Shown: positions 34,248-42,989 of the stretch, in pieces
Layout: each line of letters begins with the position of its first letter
How positions within the stretch are numbered: the stretch's first letter is position 1
Origin: Candidatus Woesearchaeota archaeon
GTDB lineage: Archaea; Nanobdellota; Nanobdellia; Pacearchaeales; GW2011-AR1
Assembly: GCA_964363345.1 (NCBI GenBank)
Contig: CAYIHY010000003.1
Coordinates: forward strand, 1-43,039
Direction: 5' to 3'
Length of the DNA stretch: 43,039 bases
Notes under the pieces: model-generated
The model's database searches: none
The model's input: only the letters and a program-made list of their open reading frames with translations
Told to the model about the DNA's origin: nothing
Made by a program: the position numbers and the translations under genes

Positions 34248-34721
34248 TTAATTTTTCAATACTACAATATTATTCATTCCTCTTCTCTTTCTTTCAATCA
34301 ATTGTTTTGCTTCAAGTTTGTCGAGCAATCTTGTTATTCCGACTTTTCCAATTCCTAATTTTTCCATTAAAGCATTTTGGAACATTGCCCCATTTTCTTT
34401 TTGAATAATTTCTACTGCTTCTCTTTCATTCTTGTCTAATCCCGAAAGATCTAATTTCTTTTTCTTTTCTTTTATTGTCTTAATAATTATTTTTTCTTTA
34501 GGCTTAGTAAATATGATTACAAGTCCGATAATAAAAACAATTGCAGTGATGCTTAAACTGAGAAGAGTTTGTGTTGCGATAGTTCCCCACATTGGGCAAG
34601 TAGGCCCTTCAGTACAACTTGTAGCAACAATAGTCTTCATTGCAGAATTAAAGATGAATACGATAATCGCCATTATCACTGCGATTCCGATGATTAATCC
34701 GCCAACATGTTTGTTTTCCAT
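34248..34721 (-). CDS. Membrane-tethered winged-helix (MarR-like) regulator
   Basis: Two TM helices flank an outside loop CTEGPTCPMW. C-terminal wHTH (NALMEKLGIGKVGITRLLDKLEAKQLIERKR). Confidence 0.7.
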   Translation of the reverse strand: MENKHVGGLIIGIAVIMAIIVFIFNSAMKTIVATSCTEGPTCPMWGTIATQTLLSLSITAIVFIIGLVIIFTKPKEKIIIKTIKEKKKKLDLSGLDKNEREAVEIIQKENGAMFQNALMEKLGIGKVGITRLLDKLEAKQLIERKRRGMNNIVVLKN

Positions 34722-34729
34722 TTTATTAC

Positions 34730-35575
34730 CTAATTTGAAACCTTTTTAAGGTTTTCATTTACTTTCTTCCATAAGATAAACACGAATAATAAATAAGATA
34801 CATAAACAAGGACTTCAATTAATGACGGGCTGCCGTTATATCCGAATAGACCTTTGAAGATGCTTCCGATATGTCCGTCTTCATGCAACAGAGGATATAT
34901 TCCTTCTGCAGCCTGCAGAGCATCTGGATTTATATCCCAGACCCGTTCAACTAAGCTGGGAATTATCCCTGCTTCTTCAAATTCATGAACTCCATTAACA
35001 AATAAACCTGCAGCAAACAAAATTAAAATTATGCTTGTAATTGTAAAAAATTTCTTTATATTAATTTTTACAGAACTTAGAAATATCAGATATCCTAAGA
35101 ATATTGCAACTATGATGCCAGTTATTGCCCCGAGGAGATTATTGTCCTGAGAAACAAAACTTACGGCTTCTAAAAATATAACTGTCTCGATGCCTTCTTT
35201 TAAAATTGAGATGAAAACTAAAAAGAATAAACCTAACTTATGAACTTCGAGAACTTTTTTTGCGATTTTGTTTTCTATTTCAGATGAAATATGTCTTTGC
35301 TTCATCATCCATAAAATCATTGTAGTCAGCAAAATTGCACCAATCAAAATTGTTATTCCGCCAAAAATCTGCTCTGCTTTTCCAGTAAAACCTCCAGCGA
35401 GATTAATAAATAATAATGCTCCGACGAGACTTGCTATTAATCCTGCGATTATTCCTGCATAAACAACCTTATTGTATTTTGTTTGTTTTATTTTTGTTAA
35501 GAAACTTAGAATTATTCCTATAACCAGCGCAGCTTCCAATGTTTCCCTAAAGGTGATAATAAAACTCGCAATCAT
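34730..35575 (-). CDS. FTR1/EfeU-family high-affinity iron permease
   Basis: 281 aa, polytopic, with two RExxE-type motifs (FRETLEA, KEGIET). Confidence 0.85.
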   Translation of the reverse strand: MIASFIITFRETLEAALVIGIILSFLTKIKQTKYNKVVYAGIIAGLIASLVGALLFINLAGGFTGKAEQIFGGITILIGAILLTTMILWMMKQRHISSEIENKIAKKVLEVHKLGLFFLVFISILKEGIETVIFLEAVSFVSQDNNLLGAITGIIVAIFLGYLIFLSSVKINIKKFFTITSIILILFAAGLFVNGVHEFEEAGIIPSLVERVWDINPDALQAAEGIYPLLHEDGHIGSIFKGLFGYNGSPSLIEVLVYVSYLLFVFILWKKVNENLKKVSN

Positions 35576-35970
35576 TTCTTACCTTGTTTACTTCGGTAAT
35601 CTTTAATTGCTGCTTTCAATGCTTCACCAGAAAGATTTGAGCAGTGCATTTTAACTGGAGGAAGTCCGTTCAAAGATTCAGCGACGTCGTTTCGTGTAAT
35701 TTTTTCTGCTTCTTCGATTGTTTTTCCTTTTGCAAGCTGAGTTATCATTGAAGAAGTTGCAATTGCGGCAGCACAGCCGTAAGTTTTGAACTTTATATCT
35801 TTGAGAATTTCTTTTCCGTTTTTGTCTTTTGCAACTTTAATGTAAAGCCACATGACATCACCGCAGACAGGATTTCCAACTTTACCGATTCCGTCGGCAT
35901 TTTTAATTTCTCCGAGGTTTTTAGGGTTTTGAAAATTCTGCATAACTTTTTTTGAATAAGCGATTGTCAT
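35572..35970 (-). CDS. iscU: Fe-S cluster scaffold IscU/NifU-like
   Basis: GNPVCGD, YGCAAAIATSS and HCSNL ligand motifs. Confidence 0.92.
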   Translation of the reverse strand: MTIAYSKKVMQNFQNPKNLGEIKNADGIGKVGNPVCGDVMWLYIKVAKDKNGKEILKDIKFKTYGCAAAIATSSMITQLAKGKTIEEAEKITRNDVAESLNGLPPVKMHCSNLSGEALKAAIKDYRSKQGKK

Positions 35971-36602
35971 TTTATTTTATTTACCTCTTGATAATTTAAT
36001 TCAAATCCATAAATTTTATTAAACAGATTATTAAATTCTTCTTCAGATTTTATTTCTTTTAATGATTTGATTAGGGTTAACAATTTATCTTTTCCAAATT
36101 TTTTAATTAGTAATTCAATAAAAAATCCAGATTCATTATAGACTTCTTTTTCTCTTTTATCATAAGATTCTAAGAAAAATTCAAATTTTTTTGGAGATTT
36201 TTTAAATTTATTCTGCCCCGAAAGATAAATGGCTATTCCTTCTTCTAACCAACAAGGTCGAATTAAAAATAGTTTTGAGTAAGCAAAAACAAACATATGG
36301 GCTAATTCATGTTTTATCCGAGCAAGATACTCCTCTTTAGAATATTTATGATTGCTCTCTTTTTCAAGATTCTTTCTATCCAAAATATAAACTATCCGTG
36401 ATGAAGATTGAGCCCATGCTACAACCCCGTCCTCGGTTTTTTCTCTGTATAGTTTATTTATTGTTTCTCTATCAAGAACTACAAAAATGAATGGAGTATT
36501 TTTTATCCATCCAAGGTCAAAGAATTCATCTAACTCTTTCATACTCTTATTGTAAGCATCTTCAATAAATTTATCCTTTTTCTGTTTTATATCAAATATC
36601 AT
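35967..36602 (-). CDS. Peptidase-MA-like HExxH protein (211 aa)
   Basis: HELAHM followed by WLEEGIAIYLSG (gluzincin-like third ligand). ATGA overlaps at both ends. Confidence 0.6.
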   Translation of the reverse strand: MIFDIKQKKDKFIEDAYNKSMKELDEFFDLGWIKNTPFIFVVLDRETINKLYREKTEDGVVAWAQSSSRIVYILDRKNLEKESNHKYSKEEYLARIKHELAHMFVFAYSKLFLIRPCWLEEGIAIYLSGQNKFKKSPKKFEFFLESYDKREKEVYNESGFFIELLIKKFGKDKLLTLIKSLKEIKSEEEFNNLFNKIYGFELNYQEVNKIK

Positions 36603-36775
36603 TTTTTCTTTATTGTTTTTTTAATTTTATCTTTTGGACTTGGAAATTCGGGTAATTCTAATCTGCAGTTATTACATCTCCATCCTGGGTTTAATCCTGT
36701 TGTAGCGATAAAAGCACTAGGGATGCACATCGATATATCTTTACTTTTGCATTTTGGACAAATTTTTTGTTCCAT
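36599..36775 (-). CDS. Zinc-ribbon mini-protein, 58 aa, below the ORF-track cutoff
   Basis: Manual translation: MEQKICPKCKSKDISMCIPSAFIATTGLNPGWRCNNCRLELPEFPSPKDKIKKTIKKK. CxxC-x24-CxxC. The start overlaps the upstream stop (TAATG) and the stop overlaps the downstream start (ATGA). Confidence 0.65.
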   Translation of the reverse strand: MEQKICPKCKSKDISMCIPSAFIATTGLNPGWRCNNCRLELPEFPSPKDKIKKTIKKK

Positions 36776-37299
36776 TATTTTATTGTTCTAACAAAATTTA
36801 GATATTTTTCTTGCTCTTTTTTCTTTTTTCTTTCAATTTCTTTAAATTGCCAAAGCATTTTTTGTTTAGTTTTTTCATCTAATGATTCATCGGTCATAGG
36901 ATAAAGAATATTATCTTCCTTGAATATGTGCTCACGGATCAATGAAGCATATCCATTTGCCCCTTCAATTATTTTTCTTTGATTATTTTCTTTAACTCCT
37001 TCTTCCATCTGCTTAACAAATCCTCTCCCGATATCATGTTCATACAGCATTTGGTCTACGGGGTTGCAATGAATATCTCCTTTTTCTGCATTTTTGCAAA
37101 ACTCCTTGAATAATAGATCTTCTTCTTTAGCATGATGGAATTTATCTGCATAATTTCTTATGAAATCTATTACTCCAAGGAAAAAATCCTTATCAATTTC
37201 ATTTCCCGACATTTTTCTACATTGATTTGAAAGCACATCTACAACAATCAAAATATTTTTATGCTCATCTGAAAGTATTTTTATTATTTCTGAGGTCAT
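36775..37299 (-). CDS. Hemerythrin-like (HHE cation-binding) domain protein
   Basis: EHKNI..., FHHAKEED, YEHD and REHIFKED His/Glu/Asp ligand spacing. Confidence 0.8.
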   Translation of the reverse strand: MTSEIIKILSDEHKNILIVVDVLSNQCRKMSGNEIDKDFFLGVIDFIRNYADKFHHAKEEDLLFKEFCKNAEKGDIHCNPVDQMLYEHDIGRGFVKQMEEGVKENNQRKIIEGANGYASLIREHIFKEDNILYPMTDESLDEKTKQKMLWQFKEIERKKKKEQEKYLNFVRTIK

Positions 37300-37517
37300 T
37301 GGGTTTTGTTTATTTTTTTAATTAATTCTTCAATTTGTTTTTTGCTCATTCCGTGGGCTAAACATCCTTGCTCGATTGTTTCATACATTGCTCCTCCGCA
37401 TCCAATGCAGTGAAGTCCGCTTTCAAATAATATATTTGCTGCTTCTGGATGTTTCTCTAATAATTCTGCGAATATCATGTTTTTTGTAATTTCTTTTTTG
37501 TTAGTTGTTATTTTCAT
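37296..37517 (-). CDS. DUF1858 / redox-disulfide domain protein
   Basis: LLEKHPEAANILFESGLHCIGCGGAMYETIEQGC. The ATG at 37517 overlaps the upstream stop as ATGA (ORF track start 37541). Confidence 0.75.
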   Translation of the reverse strand: MKITTNKKEITKNMIFAELLEKHPEAANILFESGLHCIGCGGAMYETIEQGCLAHGMSKKQIEELIKKINKTQ

Positions 37518-38209
37518 TTTACCCCATTCTTTTTTATCCATTTAATCGAATTACTTATTAATTTATCAAGATTCTTTTCTTTTTTCCATTCTTTTGTAAT
37601 ATACTTTCTTAATTCTGCGTGATTCAAATATCCCTCGTCTTCAAGAACTAATAAATCCTGAAATTCTAAATTTAATAATATAGTAAGTGCTTCTTTCAAA
37701 TCATAAGTTTTTTTATTTCCTAATTCTTTTTCGCAAATTTTCCAATATTTTGAATTATGAAATTGAATATGCATCAATTCATGCCCCGCAACTTGTATTG
37801 TTGTAAGGACATTTCCTGAAAAAAATGTATGAAAAATTGGAGGTTTTGTATCGGGATAATAAGGACATCTCGGAGAATTCGTTAAATAAGCAACTACTTT
37901 CTTAGATTTAAAAGAACATTTCATAATTTTTTCTAATCTTTCAAAATATTCTTTTTCAATTTTTTTCCAACCTTTGTTAAAAGACTCCACAATAACTTCA
38001 ATTACTTTGCTCTTATAGATATAATTCAAAGCTTTTTCCAGTTCCTTTTTGCATTTTCCATATTTTTTTCCTTCACATATTTTAAGAATGTTTTTTGGAA
38101 CATAGTCTTTAAAATTAATCCCATAAACATTTTCATTATCATTACAAGTATCCCAAATATTCTTCAAATCATCTTCTTTATCAAACTTAAAAATTACTTG
38201 CGTACTCAT
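37514..38209 (-). CDS. Hypothetical HExxH protein (231 aa)
   Basis: GHELMHIQFH motif and several Cys. ATGA overlap with the iscS stop. Confidence 0.55.
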   Translation of the reverse strand: MSTQVIFKFDKEDDLKNIWDTCNDNENVYGINFKDYVPKNILKICEGKKYGKCKKELEKALNYIYKSKVIEVIVESFNKGWKKIEKEYFERLEKIMKCSFKSKKVVAYLTNSPRCPYYPDTKPPIFHTFFSGNVLTTIQVAGHELMHIQFHNSKYWKICEKELGNKKTYDLKEALTILLNLEFQDLLVLEDEGYLNHAELRKYITKEWKKEKNLDKLISNSIKWIKKNGVK

Positions 38210-39357
38210 TTTATTGGACTCATCCTCCTAAGTTTGTCTACTATTGGGATAAGAACTTTCAAGAAATAATCAATTTCTTCTTCGGTTGTGTATTTGCTTA
38301 TGCTGATTCTTAATGTGCTGTTTGACTGAACAGGAGCCAGCCCGATTGCTTTCAGGACGTGGCTTGTTTCGAGTGAATGCGACGCGCACGCGCTTCCTGT
38401 TGATGTGCAGATTCCGTAAGTTTCCAGATAACCTCCGATAGATTCTCCTTCGATATTATTGAAAGAAACATTTACATTATTGCAGAGTCTTTTGTCTCTC
38501 GCGCCGTTTAATCTTGTGTTTGGAATTCTTAAAATTCCATCTATTAATTTGTCTCTCATCTTAATCATCTTCTCCACATTTTTTTTATTTGCGATATCAA
38601 CTGCTTTTGCGAAGCCGGCAATTCCTGAAACATTTTCTGTTCCGCTTCTGATTTTTCTTTCGTGCCCTCCGCCGTGTGAAACTGAAACTATTGAAACTCC
38701 GTCGCGAATGTATAATGCGCCGACTCCTTTTGGTCCGTGAATTTTGTGCGAGTTTAAAGTTACTAAATCCAAGTTTTGTTTTTTAACATCTAATTGAACT
38801 TTTGTAAAACTCTGACATGCATCTGTGTGGAATAAAACATTTTTCTTTTTGCAAATTTCTCCTATTCTTTCCAAGTTTTGTATTGTTCCTATTTCATTAT
38901 TTCCGTGAATTACTGAAACTACAATTGTTTTGTCGGTTATTGTTTTTTCAATTTCGGCAACATTGACGAATCCCTCTGCATCTACGTCGACATAAGTTAC
39001 TTTTGCTCCGTGTTTTTCCAGCCATTTGCAGGTATTCAAAACGCAGTCGTGTTCTATTCTTGTTGTGATAATGTGATTTTTTCCTGTGTTGTTTTCCTGA
39101 TTCCAAAAAAATAATCCTTTCAGTGCAAGATTGTTTGATTCTGTTCCGCCTGATGTGAATATTAATTCGTGGCTTTTTGCTCCGATTGATTTAGCAATTA
39201 TATTTCTGCTTTTCTCCATTGCATTTTTTGCTTCCTGCCCCATAAAGTGTGTTGAAGACGCATTTCCATACTGTTCAGTAAAATAAGGGAGCATTGTTTT
39301 CAAAACTTCATCATCTACTTTTGTTGTTGCTGCGTTGTCAAAATATATTCTTCTCAT
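38206..39357 (-). CDS. iscS: Cysteine desulfurase (IscS/NifS class V aminotransferase)
   Basis: 383 aa with a SHKIHGPKG PLP-lysine motif and the active-site loop GSACAS. Confidence 0.93.
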   Translation of the reverse strand: MRRIYFDNAATTKVDDEVLKTMLPYFTEQYGNASSTHFMGQEAKNAMEKSRNIIAKSIGAKSHELIFTSGGTESNNLALKGLFFWNQENNTGKNHIITTRIEHDCVLNTCKWLEKHGAKVTYVDVDAEGFVNVAEIEKTITDKTIVVSVIHGNNEIGTIQNLERIGEICKKKNVLFHTDACQSFTKVQLDVKKQNLDLVTLNSHKIHGPKGVGALYIRDGVSIVSVSHGGGHERKIRSGTENVSGIAGFAKAVDIANKKNVEKMIKMRDKLIDGILRIPNTRLNGARDKRLCNNVNVSFNNIEGESIGGYLETYGICTSTGSACASHSLETSHVLKAIGLAPVQSNSTLRISISKYTTEEEIDYFLKVLIPIVDKLRRMSPIK

Positions 39358-39701
39358 TTTTTATCACATCCTTTCAAGCAAGATTTGCATTTGCAATGAA
39401 TTGAAGCATGTTTGTCAATTAATTCGAGCATAGGTAGAACTGTATCTTTATTTAGAGAATAAACTCTTCCTTTTCCGTCTTGTTTTACATTTACTATGTT
39501 GCAGGATTTTAATGATTGAAGTGCGTGGGAAATTTTGCTTTGCTCAACTCTTAAATCTTTTACAAGTTCGCTGACATTTTTTTCTTTTATTCTAAGAGAA
39601 AGAATTATTCCTATCTTTAATGGATTAGCAAGATTCGTAAAGAAAATATTATAACTATTATGATTAAAATACGGGCTGAACTCGTATGTTTTCTTATTCA
39701 T
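39354..39701 (-). CDS. ArsR-family wHTH regulator with C-terminal Cys cluster
   Basis: wHTH (NVSELVKDLRVEQSKISHALQSLKSCNIV) and the tail HCKCKSCLKGC. First gene of the operon. Confidence 0.8.
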   Translation of the reverse strand: MNKKTYEFSPYFNHNSYNIFFTNLANPLKIGIILSLRIKEKNVSELVKDLRVEQSKISHALQSLKSCNIVNVKQDGKGRVYSLNKDTVLPMLELIDKHASIHCKCKSCLKGCDKK

Positions 39702-39720
39702 ATGAATTATATTTCATATA
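39697..39720. promoter_or_regulatory. Candidate operator: TTCATATGAA palindrome plus a second TTCATATA 16 bp away, between the TATA box and the ArsR start codon
   Basis: TTCATATGAATTATATTTCATATA, followed by GATTTATAAACC (39721-39732), which lies 20-31 nt upstream of the ATG. Confidence 0.4.
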
Positions 39721-39845
39721 GATTTATAAACCTTTAGTATCACTGCTAGATAAGACTAATCTAATAAAATGATAGAAAATAAAATCAGTAATACTTGCAA
39801 ATTTAGTGGGAAAATGAGCGTAAAGAAACTAGAGGTGTCGTTCGA

Positions 39846-42425
39846 ATGACACAAATCTACGAAGCTGAGCCCAGAGAAAATCAAGAGATAATGGATATTC
39901 TGCATCCGCTTGTGAAAGAATGGTTTTTTTCAAAATTCAAGGATTTTTCACTTACACAAAAAATGGGAGTCATGAATGTTTGGGAAAGAAAAAATATTTT
40001 AATCTCTGCGCCGACTGGAAGCAGCAAGACATTAACTGCATTTCTTGCGATTATAAATTATTTGGTTATGCTTGCTGAAAAAAATCAGTTAGAAGATAGA
40101 ATTTACGCAGTTTATACATCGCCGTTGAAAGCATTGAGCAATGATATTCATAAAAATTTAATTGAACCTCTTGAATGCATTTATGAATTGGCTGAAAAAA
40201 AAGGAATAAAATTGCAGAAGATACGAGTTGGGTTGAGAACAGGGGACACGACGACAGCAGAGAGAGCGAAGATGGCGAGAAAGTCTCCACATATTTTAGT
40301 TACGACTCCTGAATCTCTCGCGATAATTTTGACGACGACAAAATTTATTGAATATCTCAGAGGAGTTGAGTTCTGCATTGTTGATGAAATTCACGCGCTG
40401 GATAATAAGAGAGGAGTTTATCTCAGCATAACGCTGGAAAGATTAAATGAAGTAAGTTTAGTTTTCCCGATTAAGATTGGACTGAGTGCGACGATTGCCC
40501 CGCTCGATGAAGTTGCGAGATTTTTAGTGGGTATTGATGATGAAAGAGAAGTTTATATTGCAAATGTAAAATTAGACAAGAAACTTGATATTAAAGTTTT
40601 GGGCGTCGGAGATTTGATTGGGGAGAACATCGGAAACAATATGTATACTTTAATTGATTCGCTGATAAAAGAACACAAGACAACTTTGATTTTCACAAAC
40701 ACGCGTTCTGCGACAGAGAGAGTTGTAAATCACTTGAAAGATAATTTTCCGACGGAATATGGCGACGATAATATTGCAGCGCACCATTCTTCATTGAGCA
40801 AAGATTTTAGATTTGATATTGAAGAAAGATTGCGAGACGGGAAATTGAAAGTCGTTGTTTGTTCTACAAGTTTGGAATTAGGAATTGATATTGGATTTAT
40901 TGATTTAGTTATTATGCTGGGAAGCCCGAAATCAAGCGCGAGAGCGCTGCAGAGACTTGGAAGAGCTGGACACAAGCTTCACGAAACTGCGAAGGGGAGA
41001 TTTATTATTTTAGACAGAGATGATTTAGTTGAATGTTCTGTTATCCAGAAAGAAATGATGGAGAAAAAAATTAACAAAGTTTATTTTCCAAAAAATTGCC
41101 TTGATGTTTTGAGCCAGCAGATTTACGGAATGGCGATTTACAAAATTTGGGGAGTTGATGAATTGTTTTCTTTGATTAAGAAAAGTTATTGCTATTCGAA
41201 TTTGACAAGAAATGATTTTTTTGATGTGATTAGTTATCTTGCGGGGGATTATGCTCTGGAGCAGAATAATATTTACGCGAAAATTTGGTATGACCAGAAA
41301 ACCAAGCAGATTGGGAAGAAAGGGAAAATGGCGAGGGTTATGTATCTCACTAATATTGGAACAATTCCTGAAGAATCTTTTATAACTGTGAAACTTTCTC
41401 CGAGCAACGAACCGATTGGCGCGATTGACGAGGGATTTTTGGAAAGAATGAAGAAAGGGGATGTTTTTGTTCTTGGTGGGAAGAAATATCTTTATCTTTA
41501 TACGAGAGGTATGAATGTTTATGTGAAGTCTGCAGTTGAAAGAAAGCCTACAATTCCTTCGTGGTTTTCCGAGATGCTTCCACTGAGTTTTGATTCTGCG
41601 TTGGAGATTAATAAATTCAGAACTTTGATAAGCAACAAACTGAAAAGCAAAGCAAAGAAATCAGAAGTTATATCTTTGATTAAAGAACATCTTTATGTTG
41701 AAGATTCAACTGCGGAGTCGATTTATAATTATTTTTCTGAACAACATAATTATCTTGAGATTCCGACTTCTGAGACTTTGCTTGTTGAAAGATATAATTC
41801 TGAAAAACATTATTTGATTTTCCACAGCATGTACGGGAGAAGAGTCAATGATGCTTTGTCTAGGGCAATTGGATTTATGCTGGGAAGAGCTGGCGGAAGA
41901 GATGTTGAAATGGGAATTAATGATAATAGTTTTTACATTGCAGGAGAGAAAATGAATATTGAGAAAGTTATGAATTTTATCAAGCCTGAGAATATTGAGG
42001 AAATTTTGAAAGAGGCTGTTGAGAGGACAGATGTTCTCGCGAGAAGATTCAGGCATTGCGCTACGCGTTCGCTTATGATTTTGAAAACTTACAGGGGACA
42101 GAAAAAATCCGTCGGCAAGCAGAATATGAAATCGCATTTTGTTCTCGCTGCTGTGAAAAAGATTTCTGCGGAGTTTCCAATATTAAGAGAAGCAAGAAGA
42201 GAAGTTCTTGAAGATTTAATGGATATTACAAATGCGAAAATTGTTCTTCAGTGGATAAAAGAAGGAAGAGTTAAAATAAAAATCAGAGACACAGAATTGC
42301 CGAGTCCGTTTGCATTGGGAATTATAATGCAAGGCCACAGCGACATGATAAAGATAGAAGACAAACAGGCATTTCTTAAGAGGATGCATGAGCTTCATCT
42401 AAAAAATATAAAGAAAGAAGAATAA
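39846..42425 (+). CDS. lhr: Lhr-type (Lhr-core) superfamily-2 DEAD/DEAH-box helicase
   Basis: 859 aa with APTGSSKT, DEIH, SAT, a HHSSLS motif, and a long C-terminal domain typical of Lhr. Confidence 0.88.
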   Translation: MTQIYEAEPRENQEIMDILHPLVKEWFFSKFKDFSLTQKMGVMNVWERKNILISAPTGSSKTLTAFLAIINYLVMLAEKNQLEDRIYAVYTSPLKALSNDIHKNLIEPLECIYELAEKKGIKLQKIRVGLRTGDTTTAERAKMARKSPHILVTTPESLAIILTTTKFIEYLRGVEFCIVDEIHALDNKRGVYLSITLERLNEVSLVFPIKIGLSATIAPLDEVARFLVGIDDEREVYIANVKLDKKLDIKVLGVGDLIGENIGNNMYTLIDSLIKEHKTTLIFTNTRSATERVVNHLKDNFPTEYGDDNIAAHHSSLSKDFRFDIEERLRDGKLKVVVCSTSLELGIDIGFIDLVIMLGSPKSSARALQRLGRAGHKLHETAKGRFIILDRDDLVECSVIQKEMMEKKINKVYFPKNCLDVLSQQIYGMAIYKIWGVDELFSLIKKSYCYSNLTRNDFFDVISYLAGDYALEQNNIYAKIWYDQKTKQIGKKGKMARVMYLTNIGTIPEESFITVKLSPSNEPIGAIDEGFLERMKKGDVFVLGGKKYLYLYTRGMNVYVKSAVERKPTIPSWFSEMLPLSFDSALEINKFRTLISNKLKSKAKKSEVISLIKEHLYVEDSTAESIYNYFSEQHNYLEIPTSETLLVERYNSEKHYLIFHSMYGRRVNDALSRAIGFMLGRAGGRDVEMGINDNSFYIAGEKMNIEKVMNFIKPENIEEILKEAVERTDVLARRFRHCATRSLMILKTYRGQKKSVGKQNMKSHFVLAAVKKISAEFPILREARREVLEDLMDITNAKIVLQWIKEGRVKIKIRDTELPSPFALGIIMQGHSDMIKIEDKQAFLKRMHELHLKNIKKEE

Positions 42426-42489
42426 ATAAGAAGCGAATGAAATGAGGAACATATTAAGAAAGCGGGGAAAGGGGGGAATAATTTCTATA

Positions 42490-42918
42490 TTAAAAAAGAG
42501 AGATAAGAATTATAACAATAATTGCAATTATGATTATAATAAATCCCTTCAACCAATTATTTTTAATAAAAGTAAAAATTTCTTTAAATTCTTTTATTAT
42601 TGTTTTATAAAAAGATTTAAAATTTTTTTTGTGATTACAATCTTTTAAAGAAGATAAATAAGCTAAACTTCCAATAAATAAAAAAAATAAAAAAGAAATT
42701 CCTAATAAAAAAGGATGTTCAACTCCTTTTTTAAGAAAAAGAAGAATTACAGTTATAAGAAGAAAAATTGAAGAGAAAACCCATAAATTCTTAGTTCTTT
42801 TGCTCATTGCTTTTGAAAAATAAAGTTGCATTAGAATTGATAATGCAAAAGAGATAAGGATAATGAACCAATCTCTTTGATTGTTTTGAGATTCTTGTTT
42901 ATCCCAATCTTGATACAC
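42490..42918 (-). CDS. Polytopic membrane protein, apparently 5'-truncated at the right inverted-repeat boundary
   Basis: About four TM segments and only a GTG start. The frame stays open 26 codons further upstream, into the repeat arm. Confidence 0.5.
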   Translation of the reverse strand: MYQDWDKQESQNNQRDWFIILISFALSILMQLYFSKAMSKRTKNLWVFSSIFLLITVILLFLKKGVEHPFLLGISFLFFLFIGSLAYLSSLKDCNHKKNFKSFYKTIIKEFKEIFTFIKNNWLKGFIIIIIAIIVIILISLF

Positions 42919-42989
42919 TGCTAGTGATTCTCCAAGATTAGTAGTCTGTACTACTCTTCTTCCATCCTTTATTGCGATTATTTTAAAAT

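Noticed and set aside
42442-42648. Plus-strand 68-aa ORF overlapping the last gene
   Set aside because: It is a K/N/F-rich low-complexity translation. The minus-strand frame gives a coherent four-TM membrane protein.
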